A stretch of 64,000 bases of DNA from TPA_inf: Saccharomyces (taxonomy: Eukaryota), in assembly GCA_000146045.2 (NCBI GenBank), contig BK006942.2, positions 128,001 to 192,000 of the forward strand, given 5' to 3'. The notes under the pieces are model-generated. The model worked only from the letters and a program-made list of their open reading frames with translations, had not been told where the DNA came from and did not search any database. Positions 45,593 through 55,936 of the stretch are shown piece by piece; positions within the stretch are counted from its first letter, which is position 1, and the number at the start of each line of letters is the position of its first letter. Position numbers and translations under genes: made by a program.

Positions 45593-46379
45593 GAAACTAA
45601 ACAGACGTTTACTATGCCCAACCGGTGACTATTCACATTTTTGAGCTAGTATTGCATTTAGAGTACACGCAGTCATCAACAGTTTCTTTGTATCTCTTTC
45701 AAATATATTCCTTTACACGGGAATGCTAGCGGAAATGAATGTAAGGCGGAAAAGCTCTCCGTGCGAAACTATTCTTTTAGACACTGAATAAAGTTGTAGC
45801 CTCATTCCATAATCTGGGTCAGATTTTATGAAAATGTAGTTATTTCTGTTAGTTGCTGGGTTCTACGATATTCTGCTGCGTGGTTTAGCTTTCATACTTG
45901 ATTTTTACTCCTTCATCACTCCATATAGGTTGGATATGGCTGAATCTGTTTTTATCGAGGCACCCTTATGAACATAAACAACAGTATCCCGTCTAAGAAA
46001 TACTTTCGCTACAATGACTTCGAAAATTAGGAGTTGACTGTGGCTTCAGGTCATCACATTGAGTTCAGTATATTCCATCCAAACGTCGAGGCAGGTTGCC
46101 GTTGAAGATGTGCTGGCCCGCTTACAGGCCCATGTTTAACAGCAATTGCACCACATGCATGTCACATATGCATGTCACATATTAGCCCTAATTGTCTAGT
46201 GGAATTTTCGCAGTAAGAATCAAATGTGTTTAAAAGTCATAGCATTGATGAACAGCTTACTCGTATCTCTCTATTTGATTTGGACAATAGCTTGAGCAAA
46301 CGTTGGCAAAACAGCTGCTCTGAATAATGGTCAGCAATTAAATTTGCTTTTTTTGCGTACGGCTGTTCAGATATACTAT

Positions 46380-46520
46380 TGTTGGAATAATAATCAATCG
46401 TCTATTGACTAATGTTTTCATACGTATTATTACTGCCTTCATGAAATAAGTAACCCTAAATTTTTATCACAACATTCTAATGTTCTTCATTTTCTGTAAA
46501 GAAAGAGCAGGACTGTGGCA
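46380..46520 (+). mobile_element. Degenerate solo Ty LTR remnant (delta/tau-like), 5' end TGTTGGAATA
   Basis: Begins with the canonical LTR terminus TGTTGGAATA followed by partial similarity to Ty1/Ty4 LTR 5' region; lies ~550 bp upstream of a tRNA gene, the usual Ty1-4 target zone; end point uncertain. Confidence 0.35.
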
Positions 46521-46581
46521 GAATAGTACCATTTTCATCAGCAAATGTGAGGCTATGCCATTATTTGCGAATGCTATGAAC

Positions 46582-46887
46582 CTACTGCGTTGCATTCTCC
46601 AAGGTTCCCGCTGGGTGGGTCGCCACTAACTCTTCCGTGTGGCCGTCTATTGCTGATGCATTCAAACCATAGTCACCTGCGATAGGGTTAGTTGTGTAAG
46701 AGGTAAAACAGTGACCAGGTGTTAATTCTTCCCAGTTCATCAACAAGCTTGCTGAACCATTGCTCATTATAGTTGTTATACTGCAGGAATATTTCATCTC
46801 GATATCTACTTCTTCCAGAAAAGAATTTTTTAAACAATAATAGACCTCGAATCGCTTCAATTTTTTGAACTTTTCCACCTTTAGCAT
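46582..46887 (-). CDS. Small ORF of unknown function (YIL102C)
   Basis: 101-aa ORF at the expected position between YIL102C-A and tRNA-Thr; no recognisable domain; could be spurious. Confidence 0.45.
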   Translation of the reverse strand: MLKVEKFKKLKRFEVYYCLKNSFLEEVDIEMKYSCSITTIMSNGSASLLMNWEELTPGHCFTSYTTNPIAGDYGLNASAIDGHTEELVATHPAGTLENATQ

Positions 46888-47030
46888 CTAACTTGGTTCT
46901 TTAATTACGATAATTCAGGATATGCGCAAGCCACCTACAGATTATAGAAGCAGTCGAGTACGAATCACTGTGACCGTCATCCTAGATAAATAGTATAGCT
47001 TGATGAAGAGTACTGAACCAACAAGTACGA

Positions 47031-47103
47031 GCTTCTATGGCCAAGTTGGTAAGGCGCCACACTAGTAATGTGGAGATCATCGGTTCAAATCCGATTGGAA
47101 GCA
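47031..47103 (+). tRNA. tRNA-Thr (anticodon AGU)
   Basis: 73-nt GCTTCTATGGCCAAGTTGGTAAGGCGCCACACTAGTAATGTGGAGATCATCGGTTCAAATCCGATTGGAAGCA; A-box TGGCCAAGTTGG, B-box GGTTCAAATCC, anticodon loop cACTAGTAAtg, followed by T8 Pol III terminator. Confidence 0.95.
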
Positions 47104-47175
47104 ATTTTTTTCTTCGGCACGTCATACACCTTGTAATGAGTGTACTAATTCTCTCTTCAAAAAGATCATTGTATG

Positions 47176-47186
47176 TTTTATGTTTT
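47176..47186. promoter_or_regulatory. 11/11 ARS consensus sequence match (TTTTATGTTTT) beside tRNA-Thr
   Basis: Matches WTTTAYRTTTW exactly; AT-rich flank; origins are frequently tRNA-adjacent; many perfect ACS matches in the genome are not origins. Confidence 0.3.
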
Positions 47187-47306
47187 GTCTGGAAAAACAT
47201 ATAGTACGGATATTTTTGAAAAACTTTGAAATAATATGTAAATTATGTAAAAAAATTAAAGAACCATTATAAAAGAATATTACCAAAAATGTAACAGATG
47301 ACATTT

Positions 47307-49250
47307 TTATTGTTTTGAGTTTGTTTTAAATTTGAAATTGTTCAGTGAATTGTTCGCCCTTGGCGAAAAAGAGGTGTCCATATTGGTATTTGTATTATGA
47401 GCTGGTCGTTGGTTTTGTTGCTTATAAACTTCGCTAGCATATTTCAAAAAATGATAGTGATCATCACCATAAGGTTGAGGGAAAGTGGGAGGAGCAGGCG
47501 CGATTGGTGAAGAGGGGACGTTGTAGTGTCTTGGAGACTGGTACTGAGAAGGAACTGGGTGAATGTGGTCGTAAGTATAGTTTAGCTGCCGCTGTGGCGA
47601 CGAGAGCTGGTTTGGTGGGGGTAAAGAGTATCTTTGCTGTGGTATATAGATATTTCCCGGATATGAATACCGGTGACCGTGGGTGTTGTAGAAGGATGCT
47701 AGGTTTGACAAAATTTGCACCGTTGGATCTCTTGGCCCTATTGGAGAAGAAGTTTGAGAGGTGTATGTGGACGACTTTTGCCTTTTGCTGTTTTTTTTAA
47801 TGAAGTTCTTGTCATTTGAGGAAAGGCCCAAGTTTTCTACAAATGAGTCGAATGAGGGCAAGGCGTCCTCAATAACAAGTTTCTGCGCTTTGGAATGGGA
47901 CATGGAAGTAGATCTTTGTCTTGGCCTGGGTCTGGGCTTCTGCCTAGGTCTTGCCACTGCAGTAGACGTAAAATTGGTACTTGTATTAGCAGCAGCAGTA
48001 GCAGCAGTAGCAGCACCTGCACCAGTGGTAGAACTAGCAAATGTAACGTTTTGATGAGCCAAATACCACGATTCGCAATCTTTGGGGAAATCTGGACCAA
48101 AAATAGGCACCAGAAAGTATCTGATCGGAAAACAAAACCGCAGGCATAGCAACCTTGAGATTTCCATCGGCAACCAAGTACCCTGAATTTTGATGTAACC
48201 ACCTCTTATTCTTTTCGTAAAATTTGCCGGATTTAAGTTGGGCAAGTCTATTTGGTCAGGACCAAGTTCATTGATCAGGAAGTCTTTGTAAGACTGGCAA
48301 ATAAGGTCCCGCAGTTCGGGCTTGATGTTGTTCCAATGAAAATCGATGTAATTGTTTGCCTGCGTTGAAGAAGTAGATGAAGAAGACGCATTGGCGTCCA
48401 AGAAGGTAGACCCTGTGGATGTCCGTCTCTTTGGCGGCGAAGAGGTGGAGGACGACAACAGTACGCTTGAAGATTCCTCAGAAGTGAACGAACTGTGATT
48501 GTAAAAGCAAAAAGATAGAATTTTCTCGAATTCAGCCTTGCAAAAGAACTGCTGTTGGCTAGTGGAAACGCTGTCACCTCTGGGCAAGTTTATAAGCCCC
48601 TTCATAACATCCTGATACAGCCGCCAGATGCCCGTCATGAACACATAGCCGGAGTCATGCGACCATATTACGCAGTTGTTAGGGTTGATGAGCTTGTCAT
48701 TGATCAGATTATGGTCCATTTTGGTCAACTTGAACTGCTGATTCTTTGTCAGCGAGGAGGTGGCATTTTCACGCGATGCTGTTGACAGAGCCTTCTTTTC
48801 TTGCTTGGTGGGTGATGCTGAGACTGGTGTTTTGTTAGACCGGGAAGGTAGTATGATCTTACCCATCAGAATATTTTTATCGTGCAGATGCAAGGCGGAG
48901 TGAGGAGTGGCGGAGCTAGCGAGCTGCGATAGCAACGTTTGTTCGTGGACTAGGCTCTGAATTGTTTGTAGGTTGGGAAACTGGTACTCGAAGCAGTTCA
49001 GAACGTTCTGCGCCGCCGCCTCTTCCCCGTTCCCTGCGTCCCGAGCACTGATAATGAAGTTTGGATGTGTGAACTGCGCAGCAATGGAGGATTTATAGTT
49101 AACCTTTCTAATATTGAGTCCGGCGCTGAAACTGGCCGGCGGCGAGTCCCTATCCAGTACGCTGACGAGGTAGAGACGCTGATAGTCGTCCAGGGGGTTG
49201 TCCGTTAAGTGTACCGTGTCACTGTTAATGCTAAAAGCGGGATATTTCAT
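47307..49250 (-). CDS. XBP1: Stress-induced transcriptional repressor Xbp1 (Swi4/Mbp1-like DNA-binding domain)
   Basis: 647-aa ORF; APSES-type DNA-binding domain; recognised; synteny. Confidence 0.88.
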   Translation of the reverse strand: MKYPAFSINSDTVHLTDNPLDDYQRLYLVSVLDRDSPPASFSAGLNIRKVNYKSSIAAQFTHPNFIISARDAGNGEEAAAQNVLNCFEYQFPNLQTIQSLVHEQTLLSQLASSATPHSALHLHDKNILMGKIILPSRSNKTPVSASPTKQEKKALSTASRENATSSLTKNQQFKLTKMDHNLINDKLINPNNCVIWSHDSGYVFMTGIWRLYQDVMKGLINLPRGDSVSTSQQQFFCKAEFEKILSFCFYNHSSFTSEESSSVLLSSSTSSPPKRRTSTGSTFLDANASSSSTSSTQANNYIDFHWNNIKPELRDLICQSYKDFLINELGPDQIDLPNLNPANFTKRIRGGYIKIQGTWLPMEISRLLCLRFCFPIRYFLVPIFGPDFPKDCESWYLAHQNVTFASSTTGAGAATAATAAANTSTNFTSTAVARPRQKPRPRPRQRSTSMSHSKAQKLVIEDALPSFDSFVENLGLSSNDKNFIKKNSKRQKSSTYTSQTSSPIGPRDPTVQILSNLASFYNTHGHRYSYPGNIYIPQQRYSLPPPNQLSSPQRQLNYTYDHIHPVPSQYQSPRHYNVPSSPIAPAPPTFPQPYGDDHYHFLKYASEVYKQQNQRPAHNTNTNMDTSFSPRANNSLNNFKFKTNSKQ

Positions 49251-49354
49251 GTTGGAGAAGGTGTCTATGATAAGGTATTTTGAGCTTGCCGTTGTGTGGG
49301 GAGAAGAACTGGATGCGTACCGAGAACGAGCAAGTTAAAACACTAGTACACGAA

Positions 49355-49506
49355 TAATAGATATATATATGTATGTATATATATGTTGAAGTGTGTACAC
49401 ACGTACACGCACAAGCTACAGACGCCACGCGGCCCGGCATTCATATATGTACATACATTTATGCACATATATATATATATATATATGTATATGTAAATGT
49501 ATATAT
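49355..49506. repeat. (TA)n/(TATG)n/(CA) microsatellite cluster in XBP1-SGA1 intergenic region
   Basis: atatatatatgtatgtatatatatg ... catatatatatatatatatgtatatgtaaatgtatatatac. Confidence 0.9.
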
Positions 49507-49573
49507 ACAGCTTGTGATTTCGCGCGCCGAATGGGCTGAAAAGCACAGTATAGTGGAGAAGAAGAGAGAGGAG

Positions 49574-49823
49574 AAGGGGAGAGGGGCAATAGCAATGGAT
49601 GTGGTAGAATACAGGGAAGGCCAAGCTGTTGTTCAATGGATGCGGTTCGAGGCCCAGCGCAAGGGGGGCGCTTCGAAGCATAGAACATTATCCGCGGAAA
49701 CGGGTATTAGGGGTGAGGGTGAATAAGGAAAGTCAGGGAAATCGGGCCAGAGTAACACCCATTCATAGCACTCGTACAAGGTGCTTTTAACTTGCCTGCA
49801 TGTGTGGAGTCACAAATTAGGGG
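49574..49823. promoter_or_regulatory. Cluster of five STRE-like AGGGG motifs (Msn2/4 sites) in XBP1/SGA1 divergent promoter
   Basis: AGGGG at 49574, 49581, 49662, 49709, 49819; XBP1 is known to be stress-induced. Confidence 0.5.
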
Positions 49824-50003
49824 ACTCAGGCACAGAAGCAAGGGTCCTTTTTTGGTTCCCTGTTTCCTCCTGCGCATTTCGTATTTTTTCTCATCTCTTG
49901 GCTCTGGATCCGTTATCTGTTCTGTTACACAAGAAATCGTACATTTACAATATAGTGATAATCGTGGACTAGAGCAAGATTTCAAATAAGTAACAGCAGC
50001 AAA

Positions 50004-51653
50004 ATGGCAAGACAAAAGATGTTTTATAACAAATTACTCGGCATGCTCAGCGTAGGATTCGGGTTTGCTTGGGCGCTCGAGAACATTACTATATACGAAT
50101 TTGACTTTGGCAAGGGCATTCTCGATCAAAGCTACGGCGGTGTATTTTCAAACAACGGCCCTTCGCAAGTGCAGCTGCGGGATGCAGTCTTGATGAATGG
50201 GACAGTGGTATACGATTCAAACGGCGCTTGGGACAGTAGTGCGCTGGAGGAATGGCTCCAGGGACAGAAAAAAGTTTCCATCGAAAAAATATTTGAAAAT
50301 ATTGGGCCCAGCGCCGTGTATCCGTCTATTTCGCCTGGGGTCGTGATTGCGTCACCATCGCAAACGCATCCAGACTACTTCTACCAATGGATAAGGGACA
50401 GCGCGTTGACGATAAACAGTATTGTCTCTCATTCTGCGGGCCCGGCAATAGAGACGTTATTGCAGTACCTGAACGTTTCATTCCACTTGCAAAGAAGCAA
50501 CAACACATTGGGCGCTGGCATTGGTTACACTAACGATACAGTGGCTTTGGGAGACCCTAAGTGGAACGTCGACAACACGGCTTTCACGGAAGATTGGGGT
50601 CGTCCTCAAAACGATGGGCCTGCTCTTCGAAGCATTGCCATCTTAAAAATCATCGACTACATCAAGCAATCTGGCACTGATCTGGGGGCCAAGTACCCAT
50701 TCCAGTCCACCGCAGATATCTTTGATGATATTGTACGTTGGGACCTGAGGTTCATTATTGACCACTGGAATTCTTCCGGATTTGATCTATGGGAGGAAGT
50801 CAATGGCATGCATTTCTTTACTTTACTGGTACAACTGTCTGCAGTGGACAAGTCGCTGTCGTATTTTAACGCCTCAGAACGGTCGTCTCCCTTTGTTGAA
50901 GAATTGCGTCAGACACGCCGGGACATCTCCAAGTTTTTAGTGGACCCTGCGAATGGGTTTATCAACGGCAAGTACAATTATATTGTTGGGACACCCATGA
51001 TTGCCGACACATTGAGATCCGGACTGGACATATCCACTTTATTAGCTGCGAACACCGTCCACGATGCGCCATCTGCTTCCCATCTTCCGTTCGATATCAA
51101 TGACCCTGCCGTCCTGAACACGTTGCACCATTTGATGTTGCACATGCGTTCGATATACCCCATCAACGATAGCTCCAAAAATGCAACGGGTATTGCCCTG
51201 GGCCGGTATCCTGAGGACGTATATGATGGATATGGCTTTGGCGAGGGAAATCCCTGGGTCCTGGCCACGTGTACCGCTTCAACAACGCTTTATCAGCTCA
51301 TTTACAGACACATCTCTGAGCAGCATGACTTGGTTGTCCCAATGAACAACGATTGTTCGAACGCATTTTGGAGCGAGCTGGTATTCTCCAACCTCACGAC
51401 TTTGGGAAATGACGAAGGCTATTTGATTTTGGAGTTCAATACACCTGCCTTCAATCAAACCATACAAAAAATCTTCCAACTAGCTGATTCATTCTTGGTC
51501 AAGCTGAAAGCTCACGTGGGAACAGACGGGGAACTAAGTGAACAATTTAACAAATACACAGGGTTTATGCAGGGTGCCCAACACCTTACCTGGTCCTATA
51601 CTTCATTCTGGGATGCCTATCAAATAAGACAAGAAGTTTTACAGAGTTTGTAG
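50004..51653 (+). CDS. SGA1: Sporulation-specific intracellular glucoamylase
   Basis: 549-aa ORF; glycoside hydrolase family 15 motifs (FDLWEEVNG); recognised. Confidence 0.92.
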   Translation: MARQKMFYNKLLGMLSVGFGFAWALENITIYEFDFGKGILDQSYGGVFSNNGPSQVQLRDAVLMNGTVVYDSNGAWDSSALEEWLQGQKKVSIEKIFENIGPSAVYPSISPGVVIASPSQTHPDYFYQWIRDSALTINSIVSHSAGPAIETLLQYLNVSFHLQRSNNTLGAGIGYTNDTVALGDPKWNVDNTAFTEDWGRPQNDGPALRSIAILKIIDYIKQSGTDLGAKYPFQSTADIFDDIVRWDLRFIIDHWNSSGFDLWEEVNGMHFFTLLVQLSAVDKSLSYFNASERSSPFVEELRQTRRDISKFLVDPANGFINGKYNYIVGTPMIADTLRSGLDISTLLAANTVHDAPSASHLPFDINDPAVLNTLHHLMLHMRSIYPINDSSKNATGIALGRYPEDVYDGYGFGEGNPWVLATCTASTTLYQLIYRHISEQHDLVVPMNNDCSNAFWSELVFSNLTTLGNDEGYLILEFNTPAFNQTIQKIFQLADSFLVKLKAHVGTDGELSEQFNKYTGFMQGAQHLTWSYTSFWDAYQIRQEVLQSL

Positions 51654-51771
51654 ACAAAAAAAAAAATAAAAGGAAAGCGAGAAGTATACACAAGTGTATT
51701 TCCTAGATATTTACATCAAATATATATATATACTTATTTACAAAACTCTGATATTATAAATTGATTAGATA

Positions 51772-52239
51772 CTATGTCGGAACGTCCAGCCCAACCACGT
51801 TTGCAGTTCTTTTCACTTTCTCATCCTGTGTCAACTTGTTGCCAGGATTGTATCTGTCGACCAGCTCCTCGTATTCTCTTTGGTTGTCCAAGAACTTGAT
51901 GATGTCCAAAGCGTGTTCGAATATCTCGTCAACGTTTTGTCCCTGGGCCACCTTTTTCTCCCACTTTATATCGTTTTGTAATATGGAACGTAATGACTTA
52001 GAGTCGGCTATAAACAAATTCAAAGATCTGTCGCTTACCGGATCTAGTTTTTTCCATTTCTCTAACTGTCTGTTGATGTTCTCATGCGAGTCTCTCTGAT
52101 TTTGTTTCTTAGCATATTCCAACTTTGTTATCATTGCCTTTCGTAGATTGCCCCAATTGACTATCTTGCTTGGCCTTTCATATTTCAGAATGGCTCTTAT
52201 GAGTCCTCTATATGTGCGTAATGTTCTTGGTCTATCCAT
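51772..52239 (-). CDS. FMC1: Mitochondrial F1-ATPase assembly factor Fmc1
   Basis: 155-aa ORF at the expected position; recognised. Confidence 0.8.
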   Translation of the reverse strand: MDRPRTLRTYRGLIRAILKYERPSKIVNWGNLRKAMITKLEYAKKQNQRDSHENINRQLEKWKKLDPVSDRSLNLFIADSKSLRSILQNDIKWEKKVAQGQNVDEIFEHALDIIKFLDNQREYEELVDRYNPGNKLTQDEKVKRTANVVGLDVPT

Positions 52240-52426
52240 TTCCCTGGCACTCTCTCTTTCTCTCTCTTTTCAGCTTTTTGTTATCCACTTATCGCTGCAA
52301 ATGAAACTCTAGTGCAATTTGAGATATTCACTTTTTGCAAAGGCGAAGAGAAGGGGGTGGTTAAATCTACAATTTCATACATAAAACAGAGAAAATGATT
52401 ATAAATTATAGGAAAGTAGGTAAGCC

Positions 52427-53977
52427 ATGGCAGAGAAATCAATATTTAATGAGCCTGATGTGGATTTCCATTTGAAATTAAATCAACAATTATTTCATAT
52501 TCCTTATGAACTACTGTCCAAACGTATCAAGCATACTCAAGCGGTAATTAATAAGGAAACCAAATCACTACATGAACACACGGCCGCATTAAATCAAATA
52601 TTTGAACATAATGACGTTGAGCACGACGAGTTGGCACTAGCAAAAATAACTGAAATGATTAGGAAAGTTGACCATATAGAAAGATTTTTAAATACGCAAA
52701 TCAAGTCCTACTGTCAGATTTTGAACAGAATTAAAAAAAGGCTGGAGTTTTTCCACGAACTGAAGGACATCAAGTCACAAAATTCAGGAACATCGCACAA
52801 TGGAAATAATGAGGGTACCAGGACTAAATTGATACAGTGGTATCAGAGTTATACAAACATTTTAATTGGTGATTATCTGACGAGGAATAACCCGATTAAA
52901 TACAACTCGGAGACAAAGGATCATTGGAACTCTGGCGTAGTGTTTTTGAAACAGAGCCAACTGGATGATCTCATTGATTATGATGTCCTCTTGGAGGCTA
53001 ATAGAATTTCGACTTCGTTACTACATGAGCGTAATCTCTTACCCCTAATTTCATGGATAAACGAGAACAAAAAGACACTGACCAAAAAGTCCTCTATATT
53101 AGAGTTTCAAGCAAGATTGCAAGAATATATTGAACTACTAAAGGTGGATAACTATACCGACGCTATAGTATGTTTTCAAAGATTCCTTTTACCATTCGTT
53201 AAGAGCAACTTCACCGATTTAAAATTAGCATCTGGACTTCTGATTTTTATCAAATACTGTAATGATCAAAAGCCAACTTCTTCTACCAGCTCTGGATTCG
53301 ATACTGAAGAGATTAAGTCTCAAAGTTTACCAATGAAGAAAGATCGAATATTTCAACATTTTTTTCACAAATCTTTACCTAGAATTACCTCCAAACCTGC
53401 GGTGAATACAACAGACTATGACAAGAGTTCCTTAATAAATTTACAAAGTGGAGATTTCGAAAGATATCTGAATTTATTAGATGATCAAAGATGGTCGGTA
53501 TTAAATGATTTATTCTTGAGCGACTTTTATTCCATGTATGGCATATCACAAAATGACCCTTTATTGATATACCTGTCACTAGGTATATCGTCTTTGAAGA
53601 CAAGAGATTGCCTGCACCCTTCTGACGATGAAAATGGAAATCAAGAGACGGAAACTGCCACAACAGCAGAGAAAGAAGTTGAAGATTTACAACTCTTTAC
53701 GCTACATTCACTAAAAAGGAAAAATTGTCCCGTTTGCAGTGAGACTTTCAAACCAATAACACAGGCATTACCATTTGCTCATCACATTCAGTCTCAATTA
53801 TTTGAAAATCCAATACTATTACCAAATGGAAATGTTTACGACAGTAAAAAATTGAAGAAATTGGCCAAAACATTGAAAAAGCAAAACTTAATTTCTTTAA
53901 ATCCAGGTCAAATTATGGATCCAGTTGACATGAAAATATTTTGCGAATCAGATTCTATCAAAATGTACCCAACCTGA
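52427..53977 (+). CDS. FYV10: GID E3 ligase subunit Fyv10/Gid9 (LisH-CTLH-CRA, degenerate RING)
   Basis: 516-aa ORF; CTLH/CRA region and C-terminal RING-like CPVCSE...H motif. Confidence 0.85.
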   Translation: MAEKSIFNEPDVDFHLKLNQQLFHIPYELLSKRIKHTQAVINKETKSLHEHTAALNQIFEHNDVEHDELALAKITEMIRKVDHIERFLNTQIKSYCQILNRIKKRLEFFHELKDIKSQNSGTSHNGNNEGTRTKLIQWYQSYTNILIGDYLTRNNPIKYNSETKDHWNSGVVFLKQSQLDDLIDYDVLLEANRISTSLLHERNLLPLISWINENKKTLTKKSSILEFQARLQEYIELLKVDNYTDAIVCFQRFLLPFVKSNFTDLKLASGLLIFIKYCNDQKPTSSTSSGFDTEEIKSQSLPMKKDRIFQHFFHKSLPRITSKPAVNTTDYDKSSLINLQSGDFERYLNLLDDQRWSVLNDLFLSDFYSMYGISQNDPLLIYLSLGISSLKTRDCLHPSDDENGNQETETATTAEKEVEDLQLFTLHSLKRKNCPVCSETFKPITQALPFAHHIQSQLFENPILLPNGNVYDSKKLKKLAKTLKKQNLISLNPGQIMDPVDMKIFCESDSIKMYPT

Positions 53978-54116
53978 AATAGTTTCAAGCTATATGCATT
54001 TTTTTATATAAAGATTTGTCCAACTTTCACAACTATTTTACAGATACTTACGCTATATAAGAATTAGGGAAAATGAAAGTTCTTTCATCAACATGGCGAC
54101 ATTCTTCCTTCTGTAC

Positions 54117-55127
54117 TTAGTCTGAATCAGAATCTGTGTCTTTTTTGCTTTTACGGTTATGTTTTGAACTATTCGAGACATATTTACTAAAGATGTAGAA
54201 CCTAGCATCACGTTCTTTCGCAGGTTTTGTAGTATCTTGTTCGCTATTCGTTCTCCGGTGATGATATCCTGGAAAATTTTCCCATTGGAATTTGCTCGAT
54301 CTGCTCAGAGTTAGTCCATTTTTTTTGGCTAAAAGTTTGATTTGCCATGAATCATAGGGCTCTCCATCGAAAAGGGACAGTATGATGTTACCATAACCTT
54401 CGGCGGTCAATTTTTTAGCCTGGGGAGTATCCTCATTAAGATCATAGCCTTGCGTATAACGAAGAGTATCATTTTGAATTTTCGTGTTTATAAGATTAAA
54501 TAATTGTAAGGAATTTTGGAAAAAGTTAAAAATTAAGTCCTGATGCTCTCTAATATTTCTTTCTTGATCCTTAATACCTTTTCCATTATGGGGAAAATTG
54601 AAAACTATATTTTGTAAAGGTTTGTTACCCCAACGATGATCGCTAAGCCTGTTGATTATTTTAAACCAAGTATTATTTTTGGAAATTTTAAAGCTCTTTA
54701 CGAGCTTCGTAACGTCAATCTGGAAAAATATCGGAATATTTAGATCTTTTAAGTACTGGTAATTTTCCTCAAAAGTATGCGGATATTTCAATTTCAGCTC
54801 ATTCACAGAATTATCGTAACTTGTTATGATTAAATTGTCACTTTCAATATAGTTTTGTTCAACAATGGATCTGGCAAAAGAAAAATCTCCTTCACCACAT
54901 AGCATCAAAGTTTCATCCTTCTCAAAGGGCATAACCTTCCCTTGATTAAGTTTTTGGAATTCTTGGTTTCTCTTCACGGTTTTGTTATTAGCGCTCGAAT
55001 TTTTCTTTCTTAGTTCATGTTTTTGCTTACTTTCAATATTCCTCACTAATTTCACTTTGGCCTTGTGCCTTAATAATGCACCTTTTAGGCCTTTACTCCC
55101 AATCTTACCCTTCAATTTCCTGGCCAT
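54117..55127 (-). CDS. BMT5: 25S rRNA (uridine-N3) methyltransferase Bmt5
   Basis: 336-aa ORF; Lys-rich N-terminus then Rossmann-like MTase region; recognised as YIL096C. Confidence 0.8.
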   Translation of the reverse strand: MARKLKGKIGSKGLKGALLRHKAKVKLVRNIESKQKHELRKKNSSANNKTVKRNQEFQKLNQGKVMPFEKDETLMLCGEGDFSFARSIVEQNYIESDNLIITSYDNSVNELKLKYPHTFEENYQYLKDLNIPIFFQIDVTKLVKSFKISKNNTWFKIINRLSDHRWGNKPLQNIVFNFPHNGKGIKDQERNIREHQDLIFNFFQNSLQLFNLINTKIQNDTLRYTQGYDLNEDTPQAKKLTAEGYGNIILSLFDGEPYDSWQIKLLAKKNGLTLSRSSKFQWENFPGYHHRRTNSEQDTTKPAKERDARFYIFSKYVSNSSKHNRKSKKDTDSDSD

Positions 55128-55439
55128 TGATAATTTTAGGTTATGATTGGTGTTAATCTATGATTTTAACGTTACTAAACGTTGTCAGGCTCCAATGAAT
55201 TTAAGTAATGGAAGGTTTTCTTTTAAGCTCATCGCATCGCCAATTCTTTTCTTTTTTTTTTTTTTTTTCCGAATAATTTACATTCTTTCTACAGGAGAAA
55301 AATATGGGAGCCAGCTTGAAATACTAAAATCATTAATAATACTGATGTACATGATCCAATAACAAGATCAACTACGACTTTTGTTATTACTGATTCAGAA
55401 GGAAAAAAAAATTGACTTCCAAGAAGTCATAAAAATAAG

Positions 55440-55513
55440 TGGTCTCTAGCGGGATCGAACCGCTGATCCCCGCGTTATTAGCACGGTGCCTTAACCAACT
55501 GGGCCAAGAGACC
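55440..55513 (-). tRNA. tRNA-Ile (anticodon AAU)
   Basis: Reverse complement = GGTCTCTTGGCCCAGTTGGTTAAGGCACCGTGCTAATAACGCGGGGATCAGCGGTTCGATCCCGCTAGAGACCA; A/B boxes present; anticodon loop cTAATAAc; T5 terminator downstream on the - strand. Confidence 0.95.
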
Positions 55514-55936
55514 AGGAATTTGTTGAAGTATTTCATGTAAATTTAATATTAGTACTGATAGAGATTTCCGATATATATGATCGCTCTCAATTATTTTATA
55601 TCAAGTAAATGTCAATGTCGTTAGTTTGCACTAGCTGTTACTATTTATTCTTAGTAAAGGTTTTTAAAAAAAACTGTAATTATAACCAGGCAGGCGTATG
55701 CAGAGCGAAGGTCTTGGAAAAAGAAAAATATAGAACAGTACATTTAGGAAACGCTAAAAAAGTCACCAAGCAGGCAGGTCACAGGCTCCACTTGAACATA
55801 AGTTAGTTCGCTAATACAGGTTGAATTTCCATTGTGGGATAGTTTATTATCTTCAGCGAAAAAAATCTTTTTTGATTGAAGTGTTGATCAAGATTATTTG
55901 TAACCTCCTATCTTTAGTTGAACTGATCCAAAAACA

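Noticed and set aside
49343-49726. Overlapping 117-aa (+) and 112-aa (-) ORFs in the XBP1-SGA1 intergenic region
   Set aside because: Both read through TA/CA microsatellites and overlap each other; low-complexity translations (YIYIYI...).
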